A stretch of 64,000 nt of DNA, from positions 35,949 to 99,948 of the forward strand of contig SCRN01000009.1 in the NCBI GenBank assembly GCA_004322045.1. Direction: 5' to 3'. Of this stretch, positions 19,980 to 28,672 are shown in pieces. The DNA is from Paraburkholderia sp. (GTDB lineage: Bacteria; Pseudomonadota; Gammaproteobacteria; Burkholderiales; Burkholderiaceae). Both the position numbers and the translations under genes were made by a program. How positions within the stretch are numbered: the first letter of the stretch is position 1; each line of letters begins with the position of its first letter. The notes beneath the pieces were generated by a model. It was not told the DNA's origin. It ran no database searches and saw nothing but the letters and a program-made list of their open reading frames with translations.

Positions 19980-20174
19980 TGGCGTGTTGCGGGCTACGCC
20001 ATCAGCCAGCGCAAGCGCAAATGCATCGAGCAGGTGTTTGGCTGGGGCAAGACGATTGGCTGGATTCGGCAGGTCATGTGTCGCGGGCGCGAGCGAGTCG
20101 AACAATCGTTCCTGCTGACGCGGGCGGCCTACAACCGCACGCGCATGCGAACGCTCACAGCTAAAACGGCATAG
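19980..20174 (+). mobile_element. IS4/IS5-superfamily (DDE) transposase C-terminal remnant
   Basis: Translation ...AISQRKRKCIEQVFGWGKTIGWIRQVMCRGRERVEQSFLLTRAAYNRTRMRTL matches the conserved C-terminus of IS5-type DDE transposases. No N-terminal or catalytic part is present. Confidence 0.6.
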
Positions 20175-20314
20175 AGGCGAAAGTTGGCGAGGAAACGACA
20201 TCGAATCGGCCCGAATTAAGGAAATCCAGCATCAAATCGACACCCTCAAAATCGGCGTAGCGCCTCTTGGAAAAGCTATCGTCTCGCCATGAGGGAGGAT
20301 ACTTCAACAGTCTG

Positions 20315-20848
20315 CTAATGACTGTCGCACCCGCTTGTCGTTGCCGTGATAGGCTTGATCACGTCGTCATTCCGACTAAACAGAAATACGCGTTCGCGGC
20401 ATTCGGCTGAACGATCACCAGATGCGTCGATATGATACTGCGCCACTATCATCGCGCTAGTCGGACGAGTCACCAAGTCCGTTACATATGAACGGCCATC
20501 TTTCGTTCTAGTAGGCTTTTCACCGTCCGATGAAAACATATCCAGAGCTTTTGAATCACTCCCAGTGGGTAAATCAGATAATGTATAGTAACGACATTCG
20601 GTTCCACAACTGTGAAGGCCGACATGGTACTTCCCCGAAAAGTTAATTGTAGGTGGAGCCACCTCCTTCCCCATATCGTCCCGCCACGTATCTCCGGATT
20701 TTACGTAATACGACAGAATTAATGGTCTCCCGGTATAGGGCATCGCCGGATAATCTGAGAATTTTGGCTTTTGATGATTATCCTCTGCCAAGGCCGAAAA
20801 ACTAAATAGCACTCCGACAAAGAATATACAAATAAATCCTCTTTTCAT
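20315..20848 (-). CDS. exported protein, function unknown (candidate orphan immunity protein)
   Basis: 177 aa with signal peptide MKRGFICIFFVGVLFSFSALA. Conserved block YYVKSGDTWRDDMGKEV...HSCGTECRYYTLSDL is shared with the pseudogene at 14441..14715. Confidence 0.5.
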   Translation of the reverse strand: MKRGFICIFFVGVLFSFSALAEDNHQKPKFSDYPAMPYTGRPLILSYYVKSGDTWRDDMGKEVAPPTINFSGKYHVGLHSCGTECRYYTLSDLPTGSDSKALDMFSSDGEKPTRTKDGRSYVTDLVTRPTSAMIVAQYHIDASGDRSAECRERVFLFSRNDDVIKPITATTSGCDSH

Positions 20849-20989
20849 TGAAATATCTCCGCATCGTCCTAGCTCCGGCGAGATTCACACAATCATCTGA
20901 TGCGAGCCGTCATAACTAACTCAGATCGTGACGCTGCAGTAGCGCACCGCATCTCGTCACTGTTAGTGTGACTCGAGCCTCAATCCTTG

Positions 20990-21640
20990 TCATTGTTGCT
21001 TAGCCACCACATTGAACAAGGCCTCACATCCATCCTCTCTGGTAATATTTTTCCCTAAGTCCAAATCCCATACGCCAGGGTAAGCGCCTACCCTGCAATC
21101 CATCGAACCATCCGCGCTAACGTACCGGCCGTTCGGTGATATGCGACCCGGAGTCGATTCGAGATAGCCGAAAGCCTCCTCCTTCACTTTTTCGTCCCCC
21201 ATTTTTTCACTAAAAACCCCGGGGGCGCTTAAGATCGAACGGGTCTGCCCTAACTTTGCGACCGTTGCTGTAAATGCCATAGGTGAGACACTAACAAGAT
21301 CGAGCGCTAGATAGATCTTGCGCTTCGGATTAACATCAACGACAAACCCGACTTTGCGTGGAATATGCGATGGCTCAACACTACCGCCAGAGCAAGTGCG
21401 AACATCGCTCACATTCACGAAATCCACATCCGTCAAAATAATGACATTCTTATCCCAATTAAGTCGTGGCGCAACGTGCGTCAGCCGCTTAGCCAGTGAA
21501 CATCGCTTAACACCGACAGGTGCACCGTTAATCACGATCGCATTCGCCGATGCATCGAATCTAACAAAATCGACATCGTCGGCGAAGACATGAAATGCAA
21601 CAAACCACAAAGATACGCAGATATATTTCCCGATATTCAA
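20990..21640 (-). CDS. exported protein, putative periplasmic immunity protein for the adjacent GH19-like muramidase
   Basis: 216 aa with signal peptide MNIGKYICVSLWFVAFHVFA. Its start overlaps the stop of the upstream hydrolase gene by 4 nt. Confidence 0.5.
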   Translation of the reverse strand: MNIGKYICVSLWFVAFHVFADDVDFVRFDASANAIVINGAPVGVKRCSLAKRLTHVAPRLNWDKNVIILTDVDFVNVSDVRTCSGGSVEPSHIPRKVGFVVDVNPKRKIYLALDLVSVSPMAFTATVAKLGQTRSILSAPGVFSEKMGDEKVKEEAFGYLESTPGRISPNGRYVSADGSMDCRVGAYPGVWDLDLGKNITREDGCEALFNVVAKQQ

Positions 21641-22488
21641 TTTAGCACCTTTAGAGCATTCATCGTGGCGAGATATCTTCCGTCTTTTTCTATGTAGCCG
21701 CCATTAATAATATGGGTCACCGCCTCGGATATCTTTTTCTCGAGCTCCCTTTCTTCGTCCGTCGAAGGAACAATGCCACGACTCGTATCAATTTCTCGCT
21801 TCACGTCGTCATTTTTGATGGCAACAAAAAATCCTCCGCTATCGATGCAGTTGTAGGGGTCTCGAATGACCCTATCTGGTTCAGCGATCAAAGCTGGTCG
21901 CTTCTTCATCGTTGCAGCATTATGCTGCTTGTATGCGTGATCCAACCACCAACCGTCATCAAAGTCTTTGGTCTTTAACCATCCTCGGTACACCCAGTAT
22001 GCTGCGTAATTCGCACGCCCCGTCAGCTGTTTGAATCCTCGCCCTCTAAATTCCTGCGCATCGGCATCACCGACATTACCGTTTATCCAACTATACGATC
22101 CGGTTATTCTATGACCCTTGCTGTTAAATTTTTCAGAACTATAGTAGCCATCGAATTCTTCATCCTTCTTTCTATACCAATGCCCGAGCGCCGCCTCCGA
22201 CTCCACAGACGCCGGATTTATCCGATTATTAAGCATACTGGCTTCCTGCATATTTTGCAGACTACCTGACTCGATAGCCCCCTGACCGAGGAAGTGGGCC
22301 TGTCTTACAGCATCAATAAAGACGTATTTTTGCATTACTTTATTTAAGGCCACGCGATATTTTTCCCGAATACCCTCCGGCGTTCTCGAATAAATTCTTG
22401 ATAACGTCGACTTATCGATCCAACGACAAGAACTCATCCAGTCGATGAACTCGATCGGGTGAAAGTGCCAGAGTGTGGCTGGAAGTAG
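21637..22488 (-). pseudogene. 5'-truncated glycoside hydrolase family 19-like (lysozyme/chitinase-like) putative T6SS effector
   Basis: GH19-type motifs AHFLGQGAIESG (catalytic Glu context), FRGRGFKQLTGRANY and THIINGG, preceded by WHFHPIEFIDW. The track ORF continues to 22923, but that part is antisense to a transposase fragment. Confidence 0.6.
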
Positions 22489-22983
22489 CAAATGCGCATC
22501 AGCCCACCATTGAACCGCGAAGCGACGACGTTGCAGCAGGCCACCGAACTCATTGACTGGTACCGCGCGCGCTGGGAAATCGAGATTCTGTTCAATGTGT
22601 TGAAGAACGGATGCCGCGTCGAGGCCTTGCAGTTGGGCACGATCGAACGACTCGAACGCGCTCTGGCGTTGTTCCTGGTAGTGGCTTGGCGTATCGCTTA
22701 TCTGATGCGCATGGGCCGCAGCTGCCCGGCTCTGGACGCCGAACTGTTCTTCGATGTCGACGAGATCCGCGGCGCATACTTGCTCACCGAGGCCAAGCAG
22801 CCCGCCAAGCCCAAGCTCAATGAGGTGCTTCGCCTGATCGCACAATTGGGTGGCTTCCTGGGCCGCAAAGGAGATGGCGAACCCGGCGCGAAGGCCATCT
22901 GGCTTGGACTCAGAGAAGTTCATGTTGCGGCTAAGACTTTACGAGCATTACGTGGCCGCGGTAACGCCGACACTTCTGTATAA
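22489..22983 (+). mobile_element. IS4-family (Tn5/IS50-like) transposase C-terminal remnant
   Basis: Carries WYRARWEIEILFNVLKNGCRVEALQL and the C-terminal GGFLGRKGDGEPGAKAIWLGL motif characteristic of IS4/Tn5-type transposases. An in-frame stop lies just upstream at 22486-22488 and the N-terminal two-thirds are absent. Confidence 0.7.
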
Positions 22984-23289
22984 GCCGATGCCTTTTAGGG
23001 GCGGCACCACAAGATCTCGCAACTCTTGATTGCAGGCTGCCGACAAAGCCGTATGCCCTGCTTCGGAGAAAAATAGGAGCGAAATCGGGAGTAGTATCGT
23101 TTTGGAGAGTTTCATTTTTTGGCTCACAACATCGGTGGAACGAGTTGACAATACGAATTCGGTTCCATCCCGCCTTTATCGCACCACCTATACCCACCCG
23201 TATTGTGGGCCACCTCGAAATCTGGCCACTCACAGTGGTTATGCCGTTGGACGCTTTTTTTGGTTTCCCGTCCCGCAAACCACTTTGCG

Positions 23290-24051
23290 CTACTCGACCA
23301 CCACAACCCGCCTATGCCGCTCTCTTTCAATCTTCAGTGGCAGCACAATCATTACGAGACAGATTCGCACGAGCAAACCTGCGAACCACAGCGACACAGG
23401 CATTCCGAGAATTGCTAAAAACAGCAGCACACCTGTTTGGCCAAAATTCTCCGAAAAAAGTCTATTCAGTATCAAATAGAAAGGAGCAATTCCGTAGACC
23501 ACATACAAATAGATTTTCGGAAATGGCAGACGCTCCTTATTTAACCGCTCAAACGCCCGCATTCCGGTCTGGATTCGATAGGATATTACATCACCATCAT
23601 CAATAAACGCCGTTTCCACAAAAGACGTGCTTCGAATAGTGTGCCGAACACCGCGGCCTATCATAATCATCCAATATACCGTCAACGTCACTCCGCCAAA
23701 AAATCCAAGCCAACTTACTAAATGAGGCATTGGCGCGAACATGAAATAATAGAAATATGAAAATACACCAAAGAAATAGTAAACCGCAAATATACCAATT
23801 GCAGCAATAGCTCCACAGGCCCATAACGCGTTTGTTTGGCGAGCCTTGGTATAAATAATGAATGGAGCCAACAAACATGCCAATGTTACAAACAAGCCGA
23901 TCCTCCATGGCCATGCAGATGCTGCGAGGTCATCCGCGTACGCAGCATACGAGAGTCCGGCAGCGAGCCCCGGCAACAGTAAGCTCATCGAGGTAACTTT
24001 TTTCGCCGCGTTAAGAACAGCATCGGGCGGAAGCTTTGCGATTGATCCCAA
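23290..24051 (-). CDS. polytopic membrane protein, putative cognate immunity protein of the VgrG-linked effector
   Basis: 253 aa with about 6 hydrophobic segments and the aromatic-rich helix YYFFGVFSYFYYFMF. Begins 38 nt downstream of the effector, and two paralogs occur in the same island. Confidence 0.6.
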   Translation of the reverse strand: MGSIAKLPPDAVLNAAKKVTSMSLLLPGLAAGLSYAAYADDLAASAWPWRIGLFVTLACLLAPFIIYTKARQTNALWACGAIAAIGIFAVYYFFGVFSYFYYFMFAPMPHLVSWLGFFGGVTLTVYWMIMIGRGVRHTIRSTSFVETAFIDDGDVISYRIQTGMRAFERLNKERLPFPKIYLYVVYGIAPFYLILNRLFSENFGQTGVLLFLAILGMPVSLWFAGLLVRICLVMIVLPLKIERERHRRVVVVE

Positions 24052-24089
24052 GGGTATCGTCCAATTTCAATATGAGTTTATCTGACCTT

Positions 24090-25505
24090 TCACGGCATAT
24101 ACATTAGCGAGTACGCTTCATAATCCTTTGGCATTGATTTTTCTAGATATTCTGCCGAGGTCTTTAATTTCTCACCGACGGCACGAAACCATCCAATTAC
24201 ATGACCGGTTGCACCAGTCTCTTTATCGACCCAGTCGAGTCCGTAGCCCACGCCGATCGCAACTATTATTGTACCTACGACAATACCCACAACTGGCAAT
24301 GAAACACCGATCAGAATCGTCGCTCCCGCGACAATCGCGCCGACTAGCACTGATGCGATTACCGCGCTTAGACCCGCCTTTGCGAGATCGATGCCGATTT
24401 TTCCGAGCAAGTCTGCGAAATCCTTCTTAGGTTTTCCGTCTGGGCCTAATTCCTCGTAATCATGGAGCCATTCGGCCGTGTCTACCGAAACTGTAAAAAT
24501 TAGCGCAATGCTCCCCGCCTTCTTGAATGCCCCCTTAAGCCCTTCCAACGCGGCAGCTGCTCCCGATTTTACCGTCCCAGCACCACCCGCGATCGTCAAA
24601 ACCTTTTCATGCTTTACACCGTATCTCGCAGCCGTAATTAGGTTACGCAATCGTGGGTTTCCCGTAAACACAACGTACCATCGCTCGCCTGCTCTTTTAT
24701 GGACAATCTTCATCAACCTGAATCGTTCCGACCACAGCTCAGCAATCCATTTCCTATTGTCGCTGAGAAACGCCACCGAGCCCGCTAGCTGCCCGATCAG
24801 CCAGTTACGTGTCGCGATCTTGTTTGTGTCGATCGCTGTCTCATCTGCGCCACCTGCTGCAACCTGATCCAGCACCTCCTGAGGAATCGATCGCTTGTCA
24901 ACCTCCATGACGTGCGCCTCTTGTGGGGCTTCGATGGTCGTATCGGACGCCAGGTTGATAGGTAGGGGAAACCAGTGATGTGGTTGAAGTACCGCGGGAT
25001 CCGTTCTCCCCGGCGCGGGCGAATAACCCGATAAGGCAGGGGAGTCCGTGGCCCTCAACGCACTCGCCACCATCGTTTGAGGTCCGGCCGCGGTCGGGAA
25101 CGGGCCCGCAGGATTGAAGCCCATTGCGATGATGATGGGAGCAGGCTTGACCTTTGGGTCGGGACTGCTGCCTGTTGCCCCAAACTGGAGCATAGAATAG
25201 CGCTGCAGCAGCTTGCCGTTTTGCTTCAAAAGTAAGTAGCCTTTAAAATCTCGACTAATCCAAATGTGGAATAGCTGTCCGTCTGAGAACTGGCCTTGTT
25301 TGACGCGCTTCTTTTTAGCGACGTCGTAAATCCAATCGTCCGTTGCTTCAATGGTGTAGGTAGCACCCTTTTTCAGGTCAATATCAAAAATCACGTCGCG
25401 ATGCTTACGAAGAAGGACAGTAACGTCGGTTTCCGCCCAACACTCGACTGGCTCTCCGGGCAGATCGATGCATACTTGATGCCCCATCATGGCGCGGCCG
25501 CTCAT
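24090..25505 (-). CDS. putative T6SS effector of uncharacterised family, with a predicted membrane-inserting C-terminal domain
   Basis: 471 aa. Its ATG overlaps the vgrG stop (TAATG). It has a Pro/Ala-rich linker and a C-terminal Gly/Ala/Val/Ile-rich stretch, GLSAVIASVLVGAIVAGATILIGVSLPVVGIVVGTIIVAIGVGYG. I recognise no enzymatic motif. Confidence 0.6.
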   Translation of the reverse strand: MSGRAMMGHQVCIDLPGEPVECWAETDVTVLLRKHRDVIFDIDLKKGATYTIEATDDWIYDVAKKKRVKQGQFSDGQLFHIWISRDFKGYLLLKQNGKLLQRYSMLQFGATGSSPDPKVKPAPIIIAMGFNPAGPFPTAAGPQTMVASALRATDSPALSGYSPAPGRTDPAVLQPHHWFPLPINLASDTTIEAPQEAHVMEVDKRSIPQEVLDQVAAGGADETAIDTNKIATRNWLIGQLAGSVAFLSDNRKWIAELWSERFRLMKIVHKRAGERWYVVFTGNPRLRNLITAARYGVKHEKVLTIAGGAGTVKSGAAAALEGLKGAFKKAGSIALIFTVSVDTAEWLHDYEELGPDGKPKKDFADLLGKIGIDLAKAGLSAVIASVLVGAIVAGATILIGVSLPVVGIVVGTIIVAIGVGYGLDWVDKETGATGHVIGWFRAVGEKLKTSAEYLEKSMPKDYEAYSLMYMP

Positions 25506-28168
25506 TATTGTTCTCCAATCCGTTTGACCTGGTGTGCAACAAAACGCCCGAAGTCGACGTTCTTCAATTCTCCAATTCCTTTGTCATCAAGCGTGACATG
25601 ATGGGTCGCTCCATCTTCCGATACTAGCTTGATTGGTTCGCCTTCTGGTACGTTACCGTCCGCGTCGACGTAACGGACGCGCAAATTCGCCTTCTTCCCT
25701 TCTGACTTGTACCGTTCATAGAGACTCGTCGGCCCCGCAAACACCCGCTTCGCCCCCTTCACGTCGACCGTCCCCGGCGCGTGGATCTCGATGTTGCCGT
25801 CCTTGATGCGGACATAGGCGCCGCCCGATGTCAGCAGAATCTCGCGCTTGCCCGCCATCTCGATGACATCGGTGATCGAGATTACCTTCACGCCTTTATG
25901 CGCCGTCAGTTCGATCCCATCGGAATGCGCCTGCACCTCGACCTTGCCCTTCGCCGCAAACAGCTTCATCCCCGCGTTCTGCACGAACAGGCTCAGCTTC
26001 TCGCCAATCGAAGCGATCAACGATTTGCCGCTCGCGATATGCGTACTCGCACCGCTAACGATGTTCACATGCTTGTCCGCGGCGATCTGCGTCGATTGCT
26101 GTGTCGATAGCGCGATCCCCGATGGGCTCGCCATCAGCATGATCGGCTCCGCGAAGCCATTGGCGTTACCGGTGCCGCCGCCCGCCGTGCGCCCCGCCCC
26201 CGACGCATCACCCGCCACGCTCCTTTGCGTCGCATCGGTGAAAGCCTTCAGCGAGTCGTAGCCGTCTTTCAAGCTTTCCGCTTGATGCGTCGCACTCGCG
26301 TCCGATAGGGCTTCGATCACACTCTCAGCGTTTACGAGCTGACTGCTCGCTTGCCGCACATCCATCGGTTGCTGGACCGACGCCGGGTGACTCGACACAT
26401 ACAGCCCTTGCTCGGCGCGAATCGCACCATACGCGTTCGACTTCAAATCGAAGCCGCTGCCCAGATATCCGCCACGCGTATTGCCGGTGTGATCGACCAA
26501 GTACCCAAGATGAAGGTGCGAATCGGCACTCGTCGAATACAGGTGAACGCGGTTCTGCCCCGTCGAGTCATCCATGACGAGTTGATTAAAACCACTCCCG
26601 CCGTATTCCTTGGACCGATACCCCGAGAGCAATCCATTCGTGTGCCACACCGGTGGCGTCGGCCCACCGTGCATGCGGCCCAAAATCACAGGTCGATCGC
26701 AATCGCCGCCCATGAAACCCACGATCACTTCATCGCCTTTGCGCAGCGGGAAATGTCCCCCTCGCTTCGAGCCCGCATCGGGAAACGAAGCCCGCACCCA
26801 GACCGATGCACGCTCATCGCCCTCATTGCGGCGATTCCAGGGAAACAGCACCTTCACGCGATTGAGCGCATCGGTGTAAATCTCCTCGCTATCCGGCCCC
26901 GCGATGATCGCAGTCTGCAGTTCCATCACTGGCTTGCGGTGCTCGAGCGGGCTACGGAACGGCGTGCGCCGCCGTTGCGCTTCGATCTCGACTTGGAAGT
27001 ACCCCTCGCTGCCGTCGGCATGCCGAACTTTGACACCGCCCGCATTCGCCCGCGCCGCCGCCAATACATCCGACTGCAAGCTTTCCGCGAAGTCCGCCAC
27101 CTCATCCATGCCGGGCAAGTTGTTGCGGATCGTCCACGTCGTCTCGATGATCGCGAACTCGCGATCATCCGGACGCTCTTTATCGTGGACAGGATGCCCC
27201 TCCAATACGAACCAATACCCGGGCATGGCCGAACGCAGGCTGCCAATGCCATGAAACCGCTTCATCTGCGATTCCCATGCTTCGACGCGCACGGCATTTC
27301 GATGCTCGCCGCTATCGCGCACGCCCCACGAATACGCCCCGGTGTAGTCGTACACCTCGCCCTGTGCCGGAATATCGTCGCGCGGGCTGATCGCGCTGCG
27401 GACCTCCTTAGGCAAATCCGGCCGCTTGTAATCGAACGTGCGCGTCGTCAGCTTCGCGCTCTGAATCTGTTGCTGCTCTTTCCATTGCGTGAAGCCTTCC
27501 ACCTCTTCACGTAAGCCCGTGCGGACGAAGCGCACCGTCTTCTGCTCGAGCTGCGGCACGAAATACACATCGTCCATCAGCACGAGCGTGTGCGACTTGC
27601 CATCCTCCGCCTGCTCGAAGCGGCCGAACACCCCCACTTCCTCCAAGCTGCGATGCACGAAGTTCCAATCGTCGTCCCATTGCACCCGGTTCGAATACCG
27701 AGGCATTGCCTGCCGCAAATCGAACCGATAAGCGCCCTGCGCTTGCGGATGCTCGTCGAACACGTCGGCCACGATCTGCTCGCCCGTCTGCTCCTGCCAA
27801 TCGCGCATATCGCGACGCAACGGCAAAAAGCACATCCACGAGGAAAATCGCAATTGGTAAAACGTGAGATATCCGTCGCTGCCTAATCGGGAAAACGTTT
27901 TCACATAGCCGTGATGCGGCAGATACGAGCCATCCGCTTGCTGCAACCACAGCGTCACCGGCTGCGCAATCAACGCCTTCAACTCAATTCGATCGCCGTG
28001 CGACGAAGCGACATCGACAACGAACTCGTAATCGCGCCCAAGCCGCGATGTGCCCTTTGCCTGCAGCGGCACGAGCCAATCGTCCCCCAGAGGCGTCTCG
28101 AGCTTAATTAAACGATTGTGTTGCGCATTCCCATAGAAAAGCGCGTCGAAAAGCGCACCGAACGCCAT
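25505..28168 (-). CDS. vgrG: type VI secretion system spike protein VgrG
   Basis: 887 aa. N-terminus NRLIKLETPLGDDWL...GRDYEFVVDV and gp27/gp5-like regions (FPLRKGDEVIVGFMGGDCDRPVILG) are followed by a DUF2345-like repeat region and a roughly 90-aa C-terminal extension. Confidence 0.92.
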   Translation of the reverse strand: MAFGALFDALFYGNAQHNRLIKLETPLGDDWLVPLQAKGTSRLGRDYEFVVDVASSHGDRIELKALIAQPVTLWLQQADGSYLPHHGYVKTFSRLGSDGYLTFYQLRFSSWMCFLPLRRDMRDWQEQTGEQIVADVFDEHPQAQGAYRFDLRQAMPRYSNRVQWDDDWNFVHRSLEEVGVFGRFEQAEDGKSHTLVLMDDVYFVPQLEQKTVRFVRTGLREEVEGFTQWKEQQQIQSAKLTTRTFDYKRPDLPKEVRSAISPRDDIPAQGEVYDYTGAYSWGVRDSGEHRNAVRVEAWESQMKRFHGIGSLRSAMPGYWFVLEGHPVHDKERPDDREFAIIETTWTIRNNLPGMDEVADFAESLQSDVLAAARANAGGVKVRHADGSEGYFQVEIEAQRRRTPFRSPLEHRKPVMELQTAIIAGPDSEEIYTDALNRVKVLFPWNRRNEGDERASVWVRASFPDAGSKRGGHFPLRKGDEVIVGFMGGDCDRPVILGRMHGGPTPPVWHTNGLLSGYRSKEYGGSGFNQLVMDDSTGQNRVHLYSTSADSHLHLGYLVDHTGNTRGGYLGSGFDLKSNAYGAIRAEQGLYVSSHPASVQQPMDVRQASSQLVNAESVIEALSDASATHQAESLKDGYDSLKAFTDATQRSVAGDASGAGRTAGGGTGNANGFAEPIMLMASPSGIALSTQQSTQIAADKHVNIVSGASTHIASGKSLIASIGEKLSLFVQNAGMKLFAAKGKVEVQAHSDGIELTAHKGVKVISITDVIEMAGKREILLTSGGAYVRIKDGNIEIHAPGTVDVKGAKRVFAGPTSLYERYKSEGKKANLRVRYVDADGNVPEGEPIKLVSEDGATHHVTLDDKGIGELKNVDFGRFVAHQVKRIGEQ

Positions 28169-28672
28169 GCCGCACCCCTTATTTGTCCGCAGGCTGCAAG
28201 ATTTCTAGAAGAACGAAATTCTAATTGAGACCGAAGAAGAAATCGACAAAGATGCCGGTGATTTGGGGATAGTCTCAAACTATACCTTTCTGTATATAGG
28301 AAATATTTTCCAGTTCCAGCGGCGACGACAACGACATGTCTCCATTTTTTCCGATTTGCACGCGAGGCCTGGCGTTAGCGCCTATCGTCAGTCTCGTCAC
28401 TCTTCTTTTTACCGGGAAACCCACAGCCGATTCAAGCGTGGGGGACCCATCGTAGCGAAGCCCCAGGGCCACATGACGGCAGCCGCCCGAGGGACAAACG
28501 GGGCCTTACGCTCGCCCTGTTTCAGCATGCTGTTTTTAAATAACAACCCACAGAGTTGATAGGGGTATCGCGCAAAAAATAACCTACCGATTTCTTTTAT
28601 TCTTATTCCATTTTGTTTCTTGCAGTTTTGCAGGATCGACTCCTACGATAACCGCCTTACCCCATTCACGAG

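Noticed and set aside
22489-22923. N-terminal roughly 145 residues of the 428-aa track ORF 21637..22923
   Set aside because: This part is the antisense of a recognisable IS4/Tn5-type transposase fragment on the plus strand and has Gln/Ala/Leu-rich filler composition. Only the GH19-like part downstream of about 22488 is taken as genuine.
26351-27514. 387-aa plus-strand ORF inside the vgrG region
   Set aside because: It is antisense to the strongly supported vgrG and has Arg/His/Pro-rich shadow composition with no motifs.
28170-28672. About 500-bp AT-rich region upstream of vgrG, inspected for hcp, PAAR, a small ORF or a promoter
   Set aside because: It contains only short ORFs with no convincing features. 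A promoter is likely present, but I could not identify -35/-10 or sigma-54 elements with confidence.
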